Shown here in pieces: positions 29,966-39,045 of a stretch of 64,000 nucleotides of DNA (positions are counted from its first letter, which is position 1; each line of letters starts with the position of its first letter). Under the pieces are notes generated by a model, which worked only from the letters and a program-made list of their open reading frames with translations, searched no databases and was not told the DNA's origin. The stretch lies in NCBI GenBank assembly GCA_035526025.1, contig DATLDE010000005.1:189690-253689 (forward strand). Direction: 5' to 3'. Both the position numbers and the translations under genes were made by a program. The stretch comes from Candidatus Limnocylindrales bacterium (lineage in GTDB: Bacteria > Patescibacteriota > Microgenomatia > Levybacterales > UBA12049).

Positions 29966-31248
29966 CTCCCAACTCCCATATATTTAAATCCCAAGTCACG
30001 CATTTTTTCAGGACTAAATATATTTCTACCATCAATAATAACGTGATTTTTCATCAATGATTTTATCTTCTCCATATCCAGACTTTTAAATTCATTCCAC
30101 TCAGTTATTATCACGAGTAATGAAACATCTTTGACAGCGTCATAAGGATCGTTAAAATAATTAATTTTATCTCCAAATACTCCTTTTATCTTATCCATTG
30201 CTTTTGGATCATAGACATTTATATTGTATCCTTTTTCAAGCAAATCTTTAATTATATATATGCTCGGTGCCTCTCTTATGTCATCAGTTTTTGGTTTAAA
30301 ACTTAACCCTAACATCGCAATATTTTTATCAGCCGAATTATCTACAATTTTATTTATTACATTATGCCTCATATTTAAATTTGTCTTTTCAACTCCATCC
30401 AGAAGATGCGTATCAATTCCAAGTGACTTACCGATTTGAATAAGGGCTTTAACGTCTTTTGGAAAACATGAACCACCATACCCCACTCCTGGATTCATAA
30501 AAACCCTCCCTATTCTTTTATCAATTCCTACTGCATCAAGAACCGATTCGACATTTGCTCCTGTTTTTTCACTATAAAGAGCAATTAAATTGGCAAAAGA
30601 TATTTTGGTTGCCAGCATTGCGTTTGCTGTGTATTTTATAAGCTCAGCAGATGCAAGATCAGTTATGATATTTTCTGCATCGATTGGTTTATGCAATTCA
30701 ATCATCATGTCAATTGCTTTTTGAGAATCAGATCCTATCACAACTCTATCCGGATGAAATGTGTTCTGTATTGCTGTTCCTTGAGCTAAAAATTCCGGAC
30801 AAGAGGCAATTGCAAATTCTGCTCCCTCAGGTTTTACTTTTTTAATTATTTCCTCTATCTTTTTATTTGTTCCAATAGTCACTGTGCTTTTGCAAGACAC
30901 TACAGTAAACCCTTTTTTCAAATTTTTGCCTATTTTTTCTGCAACTTCAAATACTGTTGAGAGATCAGCAGCTCCTGATTCCTGAGGGGGTGTCCCGACA
31001 GCAATAAAAACAACGTGTGATTCTCCGACTGCGTCTTTATAATCAAGTGTGAAGTGAAGCCTATCTGCTTTAAGATTTTTATCAACAAGCTCTCTTAATT
31101 CTGGCTCATAGAATAACGGATCTCCGGTTTTTAGTTTCTCAATCTTTTCAGGAGTCCTCCCAATAACCCAAACTTTATTCCCAAAATCCGCAAAAACACA
31201 TGCTGTAACAAGCCCTACATACCCATGTCCGATAAATGTAATTGTCAT
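29962..31248 (-). CDS. ugd: UDP-glucose 6-dehydrogenase
   Basis: ITFIGHGYVGLV N-terminal NAD fold. Catalytic Cys context GGSCFPKD. Confidence 0.9.
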   Translation of the reverse strand: MTITFIGHGYVGLVTACVFADFGNKVWVIGRTPEKIEKLKTGDPLFYEPELRELVDKNLKADRLHFTLDYKDAVGESHVVFIAVGTPPQESGAADLSTVFEVAEKIGKNLKKGFTVVSCKSTVTIGTNKKIEEIIKKVKPEGAEFAIASCPEFLAQGTAIQNTFHPDRVVIGSDSQKAIDMMIELHKPIDAENIITDLASAELIKYTANAMLATKISFANLIALYSEKTGANVESVLDAVGIDKRIGRVFMNPGVGYGGSCFPKDVKALIQIGKSLGIDTHLLDGVEKTNLNMRHNVINKIVDNSADKNIAMLGLSFKPKTDDIREAPSIYIIKDLLEKGYNINVYDPKAMDKIKGVFGDKINYFNDPYDAVKDVSLLVIITEWNEFKSLDMEKIKSLMKNHVIIDGRNIFSPEKMRDLGFKYMGVGR

Positions 31249-32135
31249 AATATTATATCTAGTCCCTCCTCAAAGGATTTCATTTGAATTCCAAGTTTTC
31301 TTATTTTATCATTATTCATGCTGACATTAAAAGGCCTTGGGGCGCGGCCGACAAAATATTCTGCTCTTGTAGTCTTGCTTATCAAAGACTTATCCAGACC
31401 AAACTTTTCAGCGATCAGAACTGATAAGTCATATGGAGTAAGGCTTTGACTACCAGTCACATGAAAAATTCCCTTTTGATCTGTTTCAATTAATTTATCA
31501 AGTGCGTAAGCTATATCATCGATAAATGTGGGCGTCATTATATGGTCGGTTATAGCTGCGATTGGTTTTTGCTCAGTTAGCCTGGTTTTAATCGCACGCA
31601 CCAAATCAACCTTTAGGTCAAACTCTTTTCTATAGGGATAAGCTATACGGGCAATTATATATGGCAAACCGGAATTTCGGATAAGCTCTTCCCCTTGAAA
31701 TTTGGTCTCTGCATACCAATTTATCGGATTTGGGATATCTGTTTCTGCATATTTATACTCTGCGCTTGCAGTACCATCAAACACAAAATCTGTTGATATG
31801 TAAACAATTTTTTTATTAGTTGGCCGACATGCATCTACAATATTTTTTACGCCCCCGACGTTTATTCTCCATGCATCCCCTTCTTCTCCCAAATCCTTAT
31901 CTTTTTCACAGCCATCAACATCAGCTTTTGCCGCAAGAAGAATTACTATCCCATGTTCCGTATCGTTCTTAATTTGATCTAGGCTTTCCGGATTTGTGAT
32001 ATCAACACCTGTTGTGAGGCTCAAATCTTTAAATTCATGGGACGTGCTAAGCAATTCAGAAATCCGTGAACCAACAAGCCCAGATCCACCTATTGTAAAT
32101 ATTTTCATGAAGAAGATGCTGCCTCTCTTCTCCAT
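31245..32135 (-). CDS. rfbD: dTDP-4-dehydrorhamnose reductase
   Basis: RmlD-type SDR (GGSGLVGS ... STDFVFDG ... YAETK). Confidence 0.8.
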   Translation of the reverse strand: MEKRGSIFFMKIFTIGGSGLVGSRISELLSTSHEFKDLSLTTGVDITNPESLDQIKNDTEHGIVILLAAKADVDGCEKDKDLGEEGDAWRINVGGVKNIVDACRPTNKKIVYISTDFVFDGTASAEYKYAETDIPNPINWYAETKFQGEELIRNSGLPYIIARIAYPYRKEFDLKVDLVRAIKTRLTEQKPIAAITDHIMTPTFIDDIAYALDKLIETDQKGIFHVTGSQSLTPYDLSVLIAEKFGLDKSLISKTTRAEYFVGRAPRPFNVSMNNDKIRKLGIQMKSFEEGLDIIL

Positions 32136-32680
32136 CTATCCAAAAGGAGTAATGATGCGATATTTGATGAAACTTTTATCTCGTATTTATCAATTTTCTT
32201 AAGAGCTTCCTCAAAAGGCAACTTTACTATTTCTATATCTTCATCCTCGTCAAGACTTTGTTTTCCTTCTGTCAGATCAGTTGCATAAAAAATATGTACA
32301 ACAGCATTCATATTTGCAGATACATAAAATGTACTGAGTTGTTTCCATGTTTTTGCAGTCAAACCTGTTTCCTCATGCAATTCTTTTTTTGCGGCTATGA
32401 GTGGTGTTTCACCAACCTCCATATGCCCTGCTACTACCTCAAGTAGCCTTTCCTGCATCGAGTCTCTGAATTGAGAAACTAAATATATTTCATCTTTTGC
32501 ATTAACAGGAAGAATAATTACGGTTGGAGTACGCGATAAAATATCTTTAGTAAATTTTTTTCCATTCCTCTCAATAGTCACCTTATCTATCTCAAAATAT
32601 TTAGATTTAAAAGCTGACTGAGATGATATTATTTTTGATTTATTTACCGTATTGTTCTTCATAATATTTTTTATATTCAC
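32105..32680 (-). CDS. Nudix hydrolase (nucleotide-sugar / ADP-ribose pyrophosphatase-like; Gmm-like candidate)
   Basis: Nudix box GHMEVGETPLIAAKKELHEETGL. It is embedded in the nucleotide-sugar gene cluster. Confidence 0.75.
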   Translation of the reverse strand: MNIKNIMKNNTVNKSKIISSQSAFKSKYFEIDKVTIERNGKKFTKDILSRTPTVIILPVNAKDEIYLVSQFRDSMQERLLEVVAGHMEVGETPLIAAKKELHEETGLTAKTWKQLSTFYVSANMNAVVHIFYATDLTEGKQSLDEDEDIEIVKLPFEEALKKIDKYEIKVSSNIASLLLLDRWRREAASSS

Positions 32681-33650
32681 CTGTTTTTATACGTGTCCAC
32701 CATTCTCTATTTTCCTTATACCAATTAACTGTTTTTTCAAGATACTCATCAAAACTAAAGAGAGGCTCCCATCCTAATTCATTTTTAATCTTGGACCAAT
32801 CAACATCATACTTTCTGTCATGTCCAGGCCTGTCTTTCACAAATTCAATATAGCTTTCATCTTTTCCCAAAAGTTTTATTAGTTTTTTTGCAATTTCTAT
32901 ATTTGGATATAACTCTGTCATGCCTCCAACTAAATACGTCTCACCTATTTTTCCTTTTGAGAGAACCATGTCTATCGCCCTAGCATGATCATCGACATAT
33001 AACCAATCACGAACATATAGCCCATCACCATATATTGGAATTTTTTTATCCTCAAGTAAATTTGTAATCGCAAGCGGAATTAATTTTTCAGGGAACATAT
33101 ATGGACCAAAATTATTTGAGCAATTGGTTATAGTGATAGGCAAACCATAAGTAATGTTATACGCTCTAACCAAATGATCAGAGCCTGCTTTACTGGCAGA
33201 GTATGGACTTCGTGGATTATATGGTGTACTCTCACTGAATTTACTTTTATCATCAAGATCCAGACTCCCATATACTTCATCAGTTGAGACGTGGTGAAAC
33301 TTTTTCACATTATTTTTAAGGGCGGCATCAAGAAGTACTTGGGTACCGATAACGTTTGTCATCGCAAATACAGCGGGACCACTTATAGATCTGTCAACGT
33401 GAGTCTCAGCAGCAAAATGTACAACGATATCGACCCCGTCCATCGCCTTATTTACGGACTCTACATCACAAATATCTCCGTGCACAAAGCTATAATTGGG
33501 ATTATTCTCAACATCTTTGAGGTTCTCAAGATTTCCAGCATATGTAAGCTTATCAAAATTTACAATCTGGTCTTCAGGATGATTTTTCATCCAATATAGA
33601 ATAAAATTGGAACCGATAAATCCAGCCCCTCCGGTAACTAGAAGCTTCAT
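32640..33650 (-). CDS. rfbB: dTDP-glucose 4,6-dehydratase
   Basis: LLVTGGAGFIGSNF, HFAAETHVDRSI, STDEVYG and YSASKAGSDHLVRAY are hallmarks of RmlB. Confidence 0.9.
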   Translation of the reverse strand: MKLLVTGGAGFIGSNFILYWMKNHPEDQIVNFDKLTYAGNLENLKDVENNPNYSFVHGDICDVESVNKAMDGVDIVVHFAAETHVDRSISGPAVFAMTNVIGTQVLLDAALKNNVKKFHHVSTDEVYGSLDLDDKSKFSESTPYNPRSPYSASKAGSDHLVRAYNITYGLPITITNCSNNFGPYMFPEKLIPLAITNLLEDKKIPIYGDGLYVRDWLYVDDHARAIDMVLSKGKIGETYLVGGMTELYPNIEIAKKLIKLLGKDESYIEFVKDRPGHDRKYDVDWSKIKNELGWEPLFSFDEYLEKTVNWYKENREWWTRIKTGEYKKYYEEQYGK

Positions 33651-33653
33651 AGG

Positions 33654-34118
33654 CTACTTTACTACTCCTGACTCCAACTCTTCTTTTGTGTATTCGACTT
33701 GTTCGTCTTTAAGAGACGGATCATATGCTGGATCTGGATAATTCACGAGCCAAGCTTCTTCTGTGCCGATATTTTCAAGCCCTGTTGCAACATCTTTTGG
33801 TATGAACATCCTTGTCGGATTTTCTGAATCAAGAATTGTTTCAGTTGGTATCCAGCTCTGTCCATCATGTTCATATGTTGTTATCTTCATCTTTCCTTTA
33901 AGAGCAACGTATCTTGCAGCTCTCACGCGGTGCAGATGAAACCCTTTAAATGCGCCTGGAAATGCAGCTGTAAGATATGCTTCTGTTTTTTCTCCAGTTT
34001 CTTTATCTTTGAAAAGTTCGATTAAAAAACCATTTTCCGATCCTGCATGATCAAGTGTTTTTACTTTTTTTACATTTTCTATTTTTACTGTACTCATATT
34101 ACTAGTCCTCCTTTCCAC
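33654..34118 (-). CDS. cupin-fold sugar epimerase, RmlC-like (dTDP-4-dehydrorhamnose 3,5-epimerase family, short form)
   Basis: KGFHLHR...YVALKGKMKI and MFIPKDVATGLEN resemble the RmlC RGLHFQ...V.C..G.V.DV and IPEGFAHGF blocks. It sits between rfbB and rfbA. Confidence 0.55.
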   Translation of the reverse strand: MERRTSNMSTVKIENVKKVKTLDHAGSENGFLIELFKDKETGEKTEAYLTAAFPGAFKGFHLHRVRAARYVALKGKMKITTYEHDGQSWIPTETILDSENPTRMFIPKDVATGLENIGTEEAWLVNYPDPAYDPSLKDEQVEYTKEELESGVVK

Positions 34119-34842
34119 TTAATTCTTTTTTTGTTTTTTCTGCAATAAAATTATTAACCCGAAGAAGTCCATCAAATGTACCCGCATCCTCCCACCATCC
34201 ATCTAAGACACTTACTTTCAATTCATTTGTTTTAAGATACTGCATATATAATTCTACAATTTCAAGTTCTCCCCGACCTGATGGTTTAAGATTTTTAGCA
34301 AATTCTGAGGCCCTTTTGTCAAATATATAAATTCCAGGAACCGCATAATTGCTTTTTGGCTCAGTTGGCTTCTCAACAACTGATAATACATTTCCATCTG
34401 TATCAAACTCCACCACTGCTGATTTTTCAGGATCAGTTACCTCTTTTGCGAAAATATGTCCTCCTCCTTGAAAATTTTGTATTTGTTCTCTGAAGTCATC
34501 TTCAAAGATGTTGTCCCCCAAAATCATAGTCACATTATCCTCTCTTATGAAGTCTTCCCCAACGATAAAAGCATCGGCAAGGCCTCTCGGCTCTTCCTGA
34601 ATTTCATATGTAAATTTTGCGTCAAATTCGCGACCTGAACCTAGTAGGTTTAAAAAGTGTCCGGCATAGTTGGGGGCAACGATTATAAGTATATCTTTTA
34701 TGCCTCCCTTAAAAAGAGTTTCGATTGGATAGAAAATCATCGGCTTATTATAAACAGGGAGCAACTGTTTTGAAGTAATTTTAGTAAGGGGACGAAGTCT
34801 GGTTGCATTCCCTCCTGCAAGTATTATTCCTTTCATCATCAT
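34102..34842 (-). CDS. rfbA: glucose-1-phosphate thymidylyltransferase-like sugar nucleotidyltransferase (short form)
   Basis: GIILAGGNATRLRPLT N-terminal motif, ILGDNIF, and EKP block. Confidence 0.8.
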   Translation of the reverse strand: MMMKGIILAGGNATRLRPLTKITSKQLLPVYNKPMIFYPIETLFKGGIKDILIIVAPNYAGHFLNLLGSGREFDAKFTYEIQEEPRGLADAFIVGEDFIREDNVTMILGDNIFEDDFREQIQNFQGGGHIFAKEVTDPEKSAVVEFDTDGNVLSVVEKPTEPKSNYAVPGIYIFDKRASEFAKNLKPSGRGELEIVELYMQYLKTNELKVSVLDGWWEDAGTFDGLLRVNNFIAEKTKKELSGKED

Positions 34843-35108
34843 TAAATATGTTTAAAAGCGACTAATGCGCCTGCTAATCCCAAGCATCCCATTAATGCAT
34901 ATTCTAACACAATTTTCTTTGTTAAATCATGATCGAGAAGATGATGAACAACAGAGAATAGAAAATAAAAAATTGTTGTACCCAATATCGCGACTAACTG
35001 CAGCTGTTTGTTTCCGGCAGACATAAGAACCAAAATCAGCCCTAAGATCTGAACAATTATAAACGCTGAATAGTAGCCAAGATGCTTTTTAATTTTTGAT
35101 AAAATCAT
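34842..35108 (-). CDS. small hypothetical membrane protein (88 aa, 3 TM)
   Basis: ORF with hydrophobic segments only. Confidence 0.4.
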   Translation of the reverse strand: MILSKIKKHLGYYSAFIIVQILGLILVLMSAGNKQLQLVAILGTTIFYFLFSVVHHLLDHDLTKKIVLEYALMGCLGLAGALVAFKHI

Positions 35109-36004
35109 AATATAACCCCTCTTCCCATAATTATAACAGCTAATGACATTATTATTAAGAATATTATATGATCAAAATTGTGGGCAAATACTCGTGAGAT
35201 TTTTTTCCTTTCAATATAAATAGCATCGATCGCCAAAATAATTATAAACAGACCAAATATAAATATTGATAAATTAAATGTGCTTGACTTACTGTCTATA
35301 AGTGGTTTATTTACAGATGCTGCAACAGCGCTTTGAGATTCGTTTTTAGGAACAGATATCTCATCTTTTATCTCCTCTGTGACAATTGACGGGGCAGGCG
35401 CACTCGAAGGTTCAACTACTGCAGCTACCTGATCTGCCTTTGTGTATTTGCTTCCAAACTCCTGAACAACCAAAACTGTCTCTGATCCTGTCAGTGTTCC
35501 TGAGGAAATTGCAAAACCTATATCACTATAATTTGGCGAAAGTAAATTCTCGCGGTGCGTCGGGCTTTCCATCCAAGCAGTGGTAACATCTTCAGTGGTA
35601 TTAAATCCCCGTGCGAGGTTCTCACCAGCATATTGGTATTCATATCCTGCATTTTTAATGAAATACCATGGTGTAGTTCCATCAGGCGCTACGTGTGCCC
35701 AGAAATTTTTTTCAAACATATATGCAGCTTTTGACCTTGCGGCACTGGATAGTTCCTGATTTAGAGTGAGTGGCTGTAATCCAGCGGCTTTTCTTTTTTC
35801 ATTTGTTAAACGTACCAAATCCTCAACAGTAATGCTGTAAGAGACCCCAAGGACAGAAGGATATTCCTGCTGAATCGGAGGAACCACATATAAAATACTT
35901 AATATAATCAGTATGAAAGCAGCTAGACTTTGATGATGAAGTATTTTTGGACGATGTCCGTTTGATTCATGTGGGAGAAAAATATGTCGCAGGAAAGTTA
36001 ACAT
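35105..36004 (-). CDS. CAP/SCP/PR-1 domain protein (YkwD-like) with C-terminal membrane anchor
   Basis: CAP signature blocks (NEKRKAAGLQPLTLNQELSSAA....A..M......F.H.......GEN.A ... HR.N.L...Y...G). Confidence 0.7.
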   Translation of the reverse strand: MLTFLRHIFLPHESNGHRPKILHHQSLAAFILIILSILYVVPPIQQEYPSVLGVSYSITVEDLVRLTNEKRKAAGLQPLTLNQELSSAARSKAAYMFEKNFWAHVAPDGTTPWYFIKNAGYEYQYAGENLARGFNTTEDVTTAWMESPTHRENLLSPNYSDIGFAISSGTLTGSETVLVVQEFGSKYTKADQVAAVVEPSSAPAPSIVTEEIKDEISVPKNESQSAVAASVNKPLIDSKSSTFNLSIFIFGLFIIILAIDAIYIERKKISRVFAHNFDHIIFLIIMSLAVIIMGRGVIL

Positions 36005-36030
36005 AAAAATAGTATATCAAACTAATAATA

Positions 36031-36354
36031 TTAAGAATACTCTGGCTCTACTATTTCCCCGACTTCTTTCCCATTAATGGGGATTTTTAACAAAAATCCT
36101 AGCGTATTTGCGATGGCAACTCCAACGCGAAGACCGGTAAATGAACCCGGTCCCGGATTTACAGTTATTTCATCAATATTATTTAATGATATTTTGTGCT
36201 CCTTTAAGAGTTTTTCAATTAGAGGCAGTACCATTTGATTTTTACGATCAACCGGACTTTTGTGTAAATACTTTTTTTTATCTTTGATCAAACCAACTTC
36301 AACCTCTTTATTACTTGAAGTATCGATTATTAAAATATTTTTTGTTTGCTTCAT
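36031..36354 (-). CDS. tsaB: tRNA t6A biosynthesis protein TsaB (truncated N-terminal-domain form)
   Basis: ILIIDTSS...VNPGPGSFTGLRVGVAIANTLGF is the YeaZ/TsaB core. At 107 aa it is the short form common in reduced genomes. Confidence 0.8.
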   Translation of the reverse strand: MKQTKNILIIDTSSNKEVEVGLIKDKKKYLHKSPVDRKNQMVLPLIEKLLKEHKISLNNIDEITVNPGPGSFTGLRVGVAIANTLGFLLKIPINGKEVGEIVEPEYS

Positions 36355-36363
36355 ACTTAATAC

Positions 36364-36972
36364 TTAACTCTTAATACTAATTTTTACCGCTCCCTGTCTC
36401 AGAATTCTCCATGGGATTTGTGAACAATCAATTACAGTTGATGCTTCTTTTGTTTTACACTCACCCTTTTCAACAAAATCAACTATCTTTTTAAGTTCAG
36501 GATTCAAATCATCATAACTATATGGTGTTGGATCTCCTGCGAAGTTAGCTGAAGTACCAACAATAGGAACTCCTACCTCATCTATTAAATCTAATAGTTT
36601 TTGATTATTTGGCATTCTTAACCCCAAAGTATTACCTCCTCCACGAACTAAACCCGGAACTTTCTCCGTTTGACATTGCAAAACTATGGTCAGCGCTCCC
36701 GGCCAGTAAGGTTTGATTAGCTTTTCAATTACTAAATCAGGAATTTCACTCCAATAATCTTTTGCCATTTCTATTCCTGAAACAAGTACTGGGGTAGCCT
36801 TTGTCTCGGGTCTATTTCTGATTTTAAATAACCTAGCAACAGCTTTTTCATCATCCATCCGGCAACCGATCCCAAAAGCAGTATCAGTTGGAAAAATAAC
36901 AATCCCACCATTTTTAATTATATCCCTAGCTTTATTTCTCATACTTATTTGGAGTATATCAAATATTGCCAA
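36364..36972 (-). CDS. tsaC: L-threonylcarbamoyladenylate synthase (YrdC/Sua5 family)
   Basis: GGIVIFPTDTAFGIGC, KIRNRP, VLV, SANFAGDP and IDCSQIPW blocks. Confidence 0.85.
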   Translation of the reverse strand: MAIFDILQISMRNKARDIIKNGGIVIFPTDTAFGIGCRMDDEKAVARLFKIRNRPETKATPVLVSGIEMAKDYWSEIPDLVIEKLIKPYWPGALTIVLQCQTEKVPGLVRGGGNTLGLRMPNNQKLLDLIDEVGVPIVGTSANFAGDPTPYSYDDLNPELKKIVDFVEKGECKTKEASTVIDCSQIPWRILRQGAVKISIKS

Positions 36973-37010
36973 AATTCATAAAATGTGCAATACTTTACCT
37001 ATTCTGCCAT

Positions 37011-37469
37011 ATGGAAAAAAAGGATCAGAAATCAAAAACCCCGATTATGCACAGTTTTAAAGACGGCAAGTCATCTTTTTCGCCTAACAAGGTGCTGATT
37101 ATATTTGTGATTTTATTCTTACTCGGAGCAGGAACAGGGTATGGACTTAGCAATTCCACAGGTAAAACAGGTAGAAATACTCCCTTAGCATCTAAAGAAG
37201 GATCAATAACTAACGGAAAGACATTTGGCTCAGATGATACAAAAACATTTAAAGACACGGCAGAAGGCAAATTAGAAGAAGGAGGAATTGAAGGAGAAGG
37301 ACAATACCACCTGGTTCGTTCCGAGGATGTAAGCCAACATGTTTACATGACTTCATCAACAGTTGATTTATCTCAATTTATAGGTAAAAAAATAAAAGTC
37401 TGGGGCCAAACCCAAACTGCACAAAAAGCGGGATGGCTTATGGATGTCGGCCGCGTAGAAGTAAAATAA
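37011..37469 (+). CDS. hypothetical membrane-anchored protein (single N-terminal TM)
   Basis: I chose the in-frame ATG at 37011 over 36966. Function unknown. It is immediately upstream of ftsE. Confidence 0.4.
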   Translation: MEKKDQKSKTPIMHSFKDGKSSFSPNKVLIIFVILFLLGAGTGYGLSNSTGKTGRNTPLASKEGSITNGKTFGSDDTKTFKDTAEGKLEEGGIEGEGQYHLVRSEDVSQHVYMTSSTVDLSQFIGKKIKVWGQTQTAQKAGWLMDVGRVEVK

Positions 37470-37470
37470 A

Positions 37471-38160
37471 ATGATAAAACTTGACAACGTTTCCAAAAAA
37501 TTTGGTACAGGCACGGCACTTACTGATGTTACTTTTTCAGTAGATAAAGGTGAATTTATATTCTTGGTTGGTCCCTCTGGATCAGGAAAGACTACGCTTT
37601 TCAGGCTTTTGACAAAAGAGATGACTCCAACTTCAGGAACTATCCATATTGGGGAGTGGAATATCGGCAATCTTGCAAAAAAACATATACCTCACCTCAG
37701 AAAAAGCATTGGTGTTATATTTCAGGATTTAAAGCTATTAAAAGACAGGACCATACTTGAGAATATTCTTTTACCACTTGAGGTGGCTAACGCAGATGAA
37801 TCAAACTCCAAGAAAAAGATCGACGAAATCCTCGAACAGGTCGGAATTCTTGAGCACAAACACAAATTCCCAATCCAACTTTCAGGAGGAGAGCTCCAAA
37901 GAGCTGCAATTGCACGAGCATTAGCTTTTTCTCCTGAGATAATACTTGCTGATGAACCAACAGGAAATCTGGATTCAACTACTTCTTGGGAGATAGTAAA
38001 GCTGCTTCAGGATATTAATAAAACAGGCACTACTATTATAATGGCGACTCATAACACGGAGATCGTTAACAGCCTCATGAAACGTGTTGTTGTTCTTGAA
38101 AAAGGTCGATTAGTTGATGATCAAAAGAGTAAAGCACCTATTGAGGAAACACAATCATGA
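37471..38160 (+). CDS. ftsE: cell-division ABC ATPase FtsE
   Basis: Walker A GPSGSGKTT, signature LSGGELQR, Walker B ILADEPTGNLD. 4-bp overlap with ftsX. Confidence 0.9.
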   Translation: MIKLDNVSKKFGTGTALTDVTFSVDKGEFIFLVGPSGSGKTTLFRLLTKEMTPTSGTIHIGEWNIGNLAKKHIPHLRKSIGVIFQDLKLLKDRTILENILLPLEVANADESNSKKKIDEILEQVGILEHKHKFPIQLSGGELQRAAIARALAFSPEIILADEPTGNLDSTTSWEIVKLLQDINKTGTTIIMATHNTEIVNSLMKRVVVLEKGRLVDDQKSKAPIEETQS

Positions 38161-39023
38161 AATCAGTAAAAACAAGCTGGAAACAAATCCGTAGAACTCC
38201 CTACCAGGCACTCACTGCTGTATTTGTGATGATTCTAACCTTTCTTTCAATTTCAGTATTTTCATTTATTGTTTTTGGCTCATCAATTGTCATAGACTAT
38301 TTTGAATCCAAGCCCCAAGTTACTGCGTTTTTTAAAGATGAGGCACGACCCGAAGAAATAGCACAACTCCAAACCAATCTCAAACAAACAGGAAAAATCT
38401 CAAACACACGTTTTGTGTCCAAAAAAGAAGCTCTGGAAATATATAAAGAGCAAAATAAAAATGACCCTCTACTGCTTGATCTGGTTACAGAAGATATATT
38501 ACCAGCATCTCTGGAAATATCTACTCAAAAAATTGATGACTTAGCTTCAGTTTCTGACGCTCTGAAGGGTTCGCCTATTGTTGCTGAGGTAATATACCAA
38601 AAAGATATTGTCTCGACTCTGAGCAAGTGGACAAATGCAGTAAGGATTATTGGCACTTCAGTTATTATTGTTCTTGCGCTTGTGTCGATATTTATCATGA
38701 TGATGGTTATTGGATTTAAAGTTTCACAAAAGCGCGACGAAATAGAAATAATGAAACTCCTATCAGCCACCAATTGGTACATTCGTTGGCCTTTTATGCT
38801 TGAAGGCATTTTTTATGGCACAGTGGGCACACTTATAGGATGGCTTATTGCCTCTGCTGGCTTACTTTATGCAACGCCTTATCTCCAAACCTTCTTAAAA
38901 GGCATCCCACTATTACCCGCCTCTCCTGTTTTTCTGTTAGGGGTTCTTGCATCTGAGTTGATAATTGCGATAGGTCTTGGGGTCATAGCCAGCTACTTTG
39001 CAGTGCTCCGGTATTTAAAATAA
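38157..39023 (+). CDS. ftsX: cell-division permease FtsX
   Basis: N-terminal TM, a large extracytoplasmic loop, three C-terminal TM, then an MKLLSATNWYIRWPFMLEG block. Confidence 0.85.
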   Translation: MKSVKTSWKQIRRTPYQALTAVFVMILTFLSISVFSFIVFGSSIVIDYFESKPQVTAFFKDEARPEEIAQLQTNLKQTGKISNTRFVSKKEALEIYKEQNKNDPLLLDLVTEDILPASLEISTQKIDDLASVSDALKGSPIVAEVIYQKDIVSTLSKWTNAVRIIGTSVIIVLALVSIFIMMMVIGFKVSQKRDEIEIMKLLSATNWYIRWPFMLEGIFYGTVGTLIGWLIASAGLLYATPYLQTFLKGIPLLPASPVFLLGVLASELIIAIGLGVIASYFAVLRYLK

Positions 39024-39045
39024 GGTATAATTATATATACTTCAT

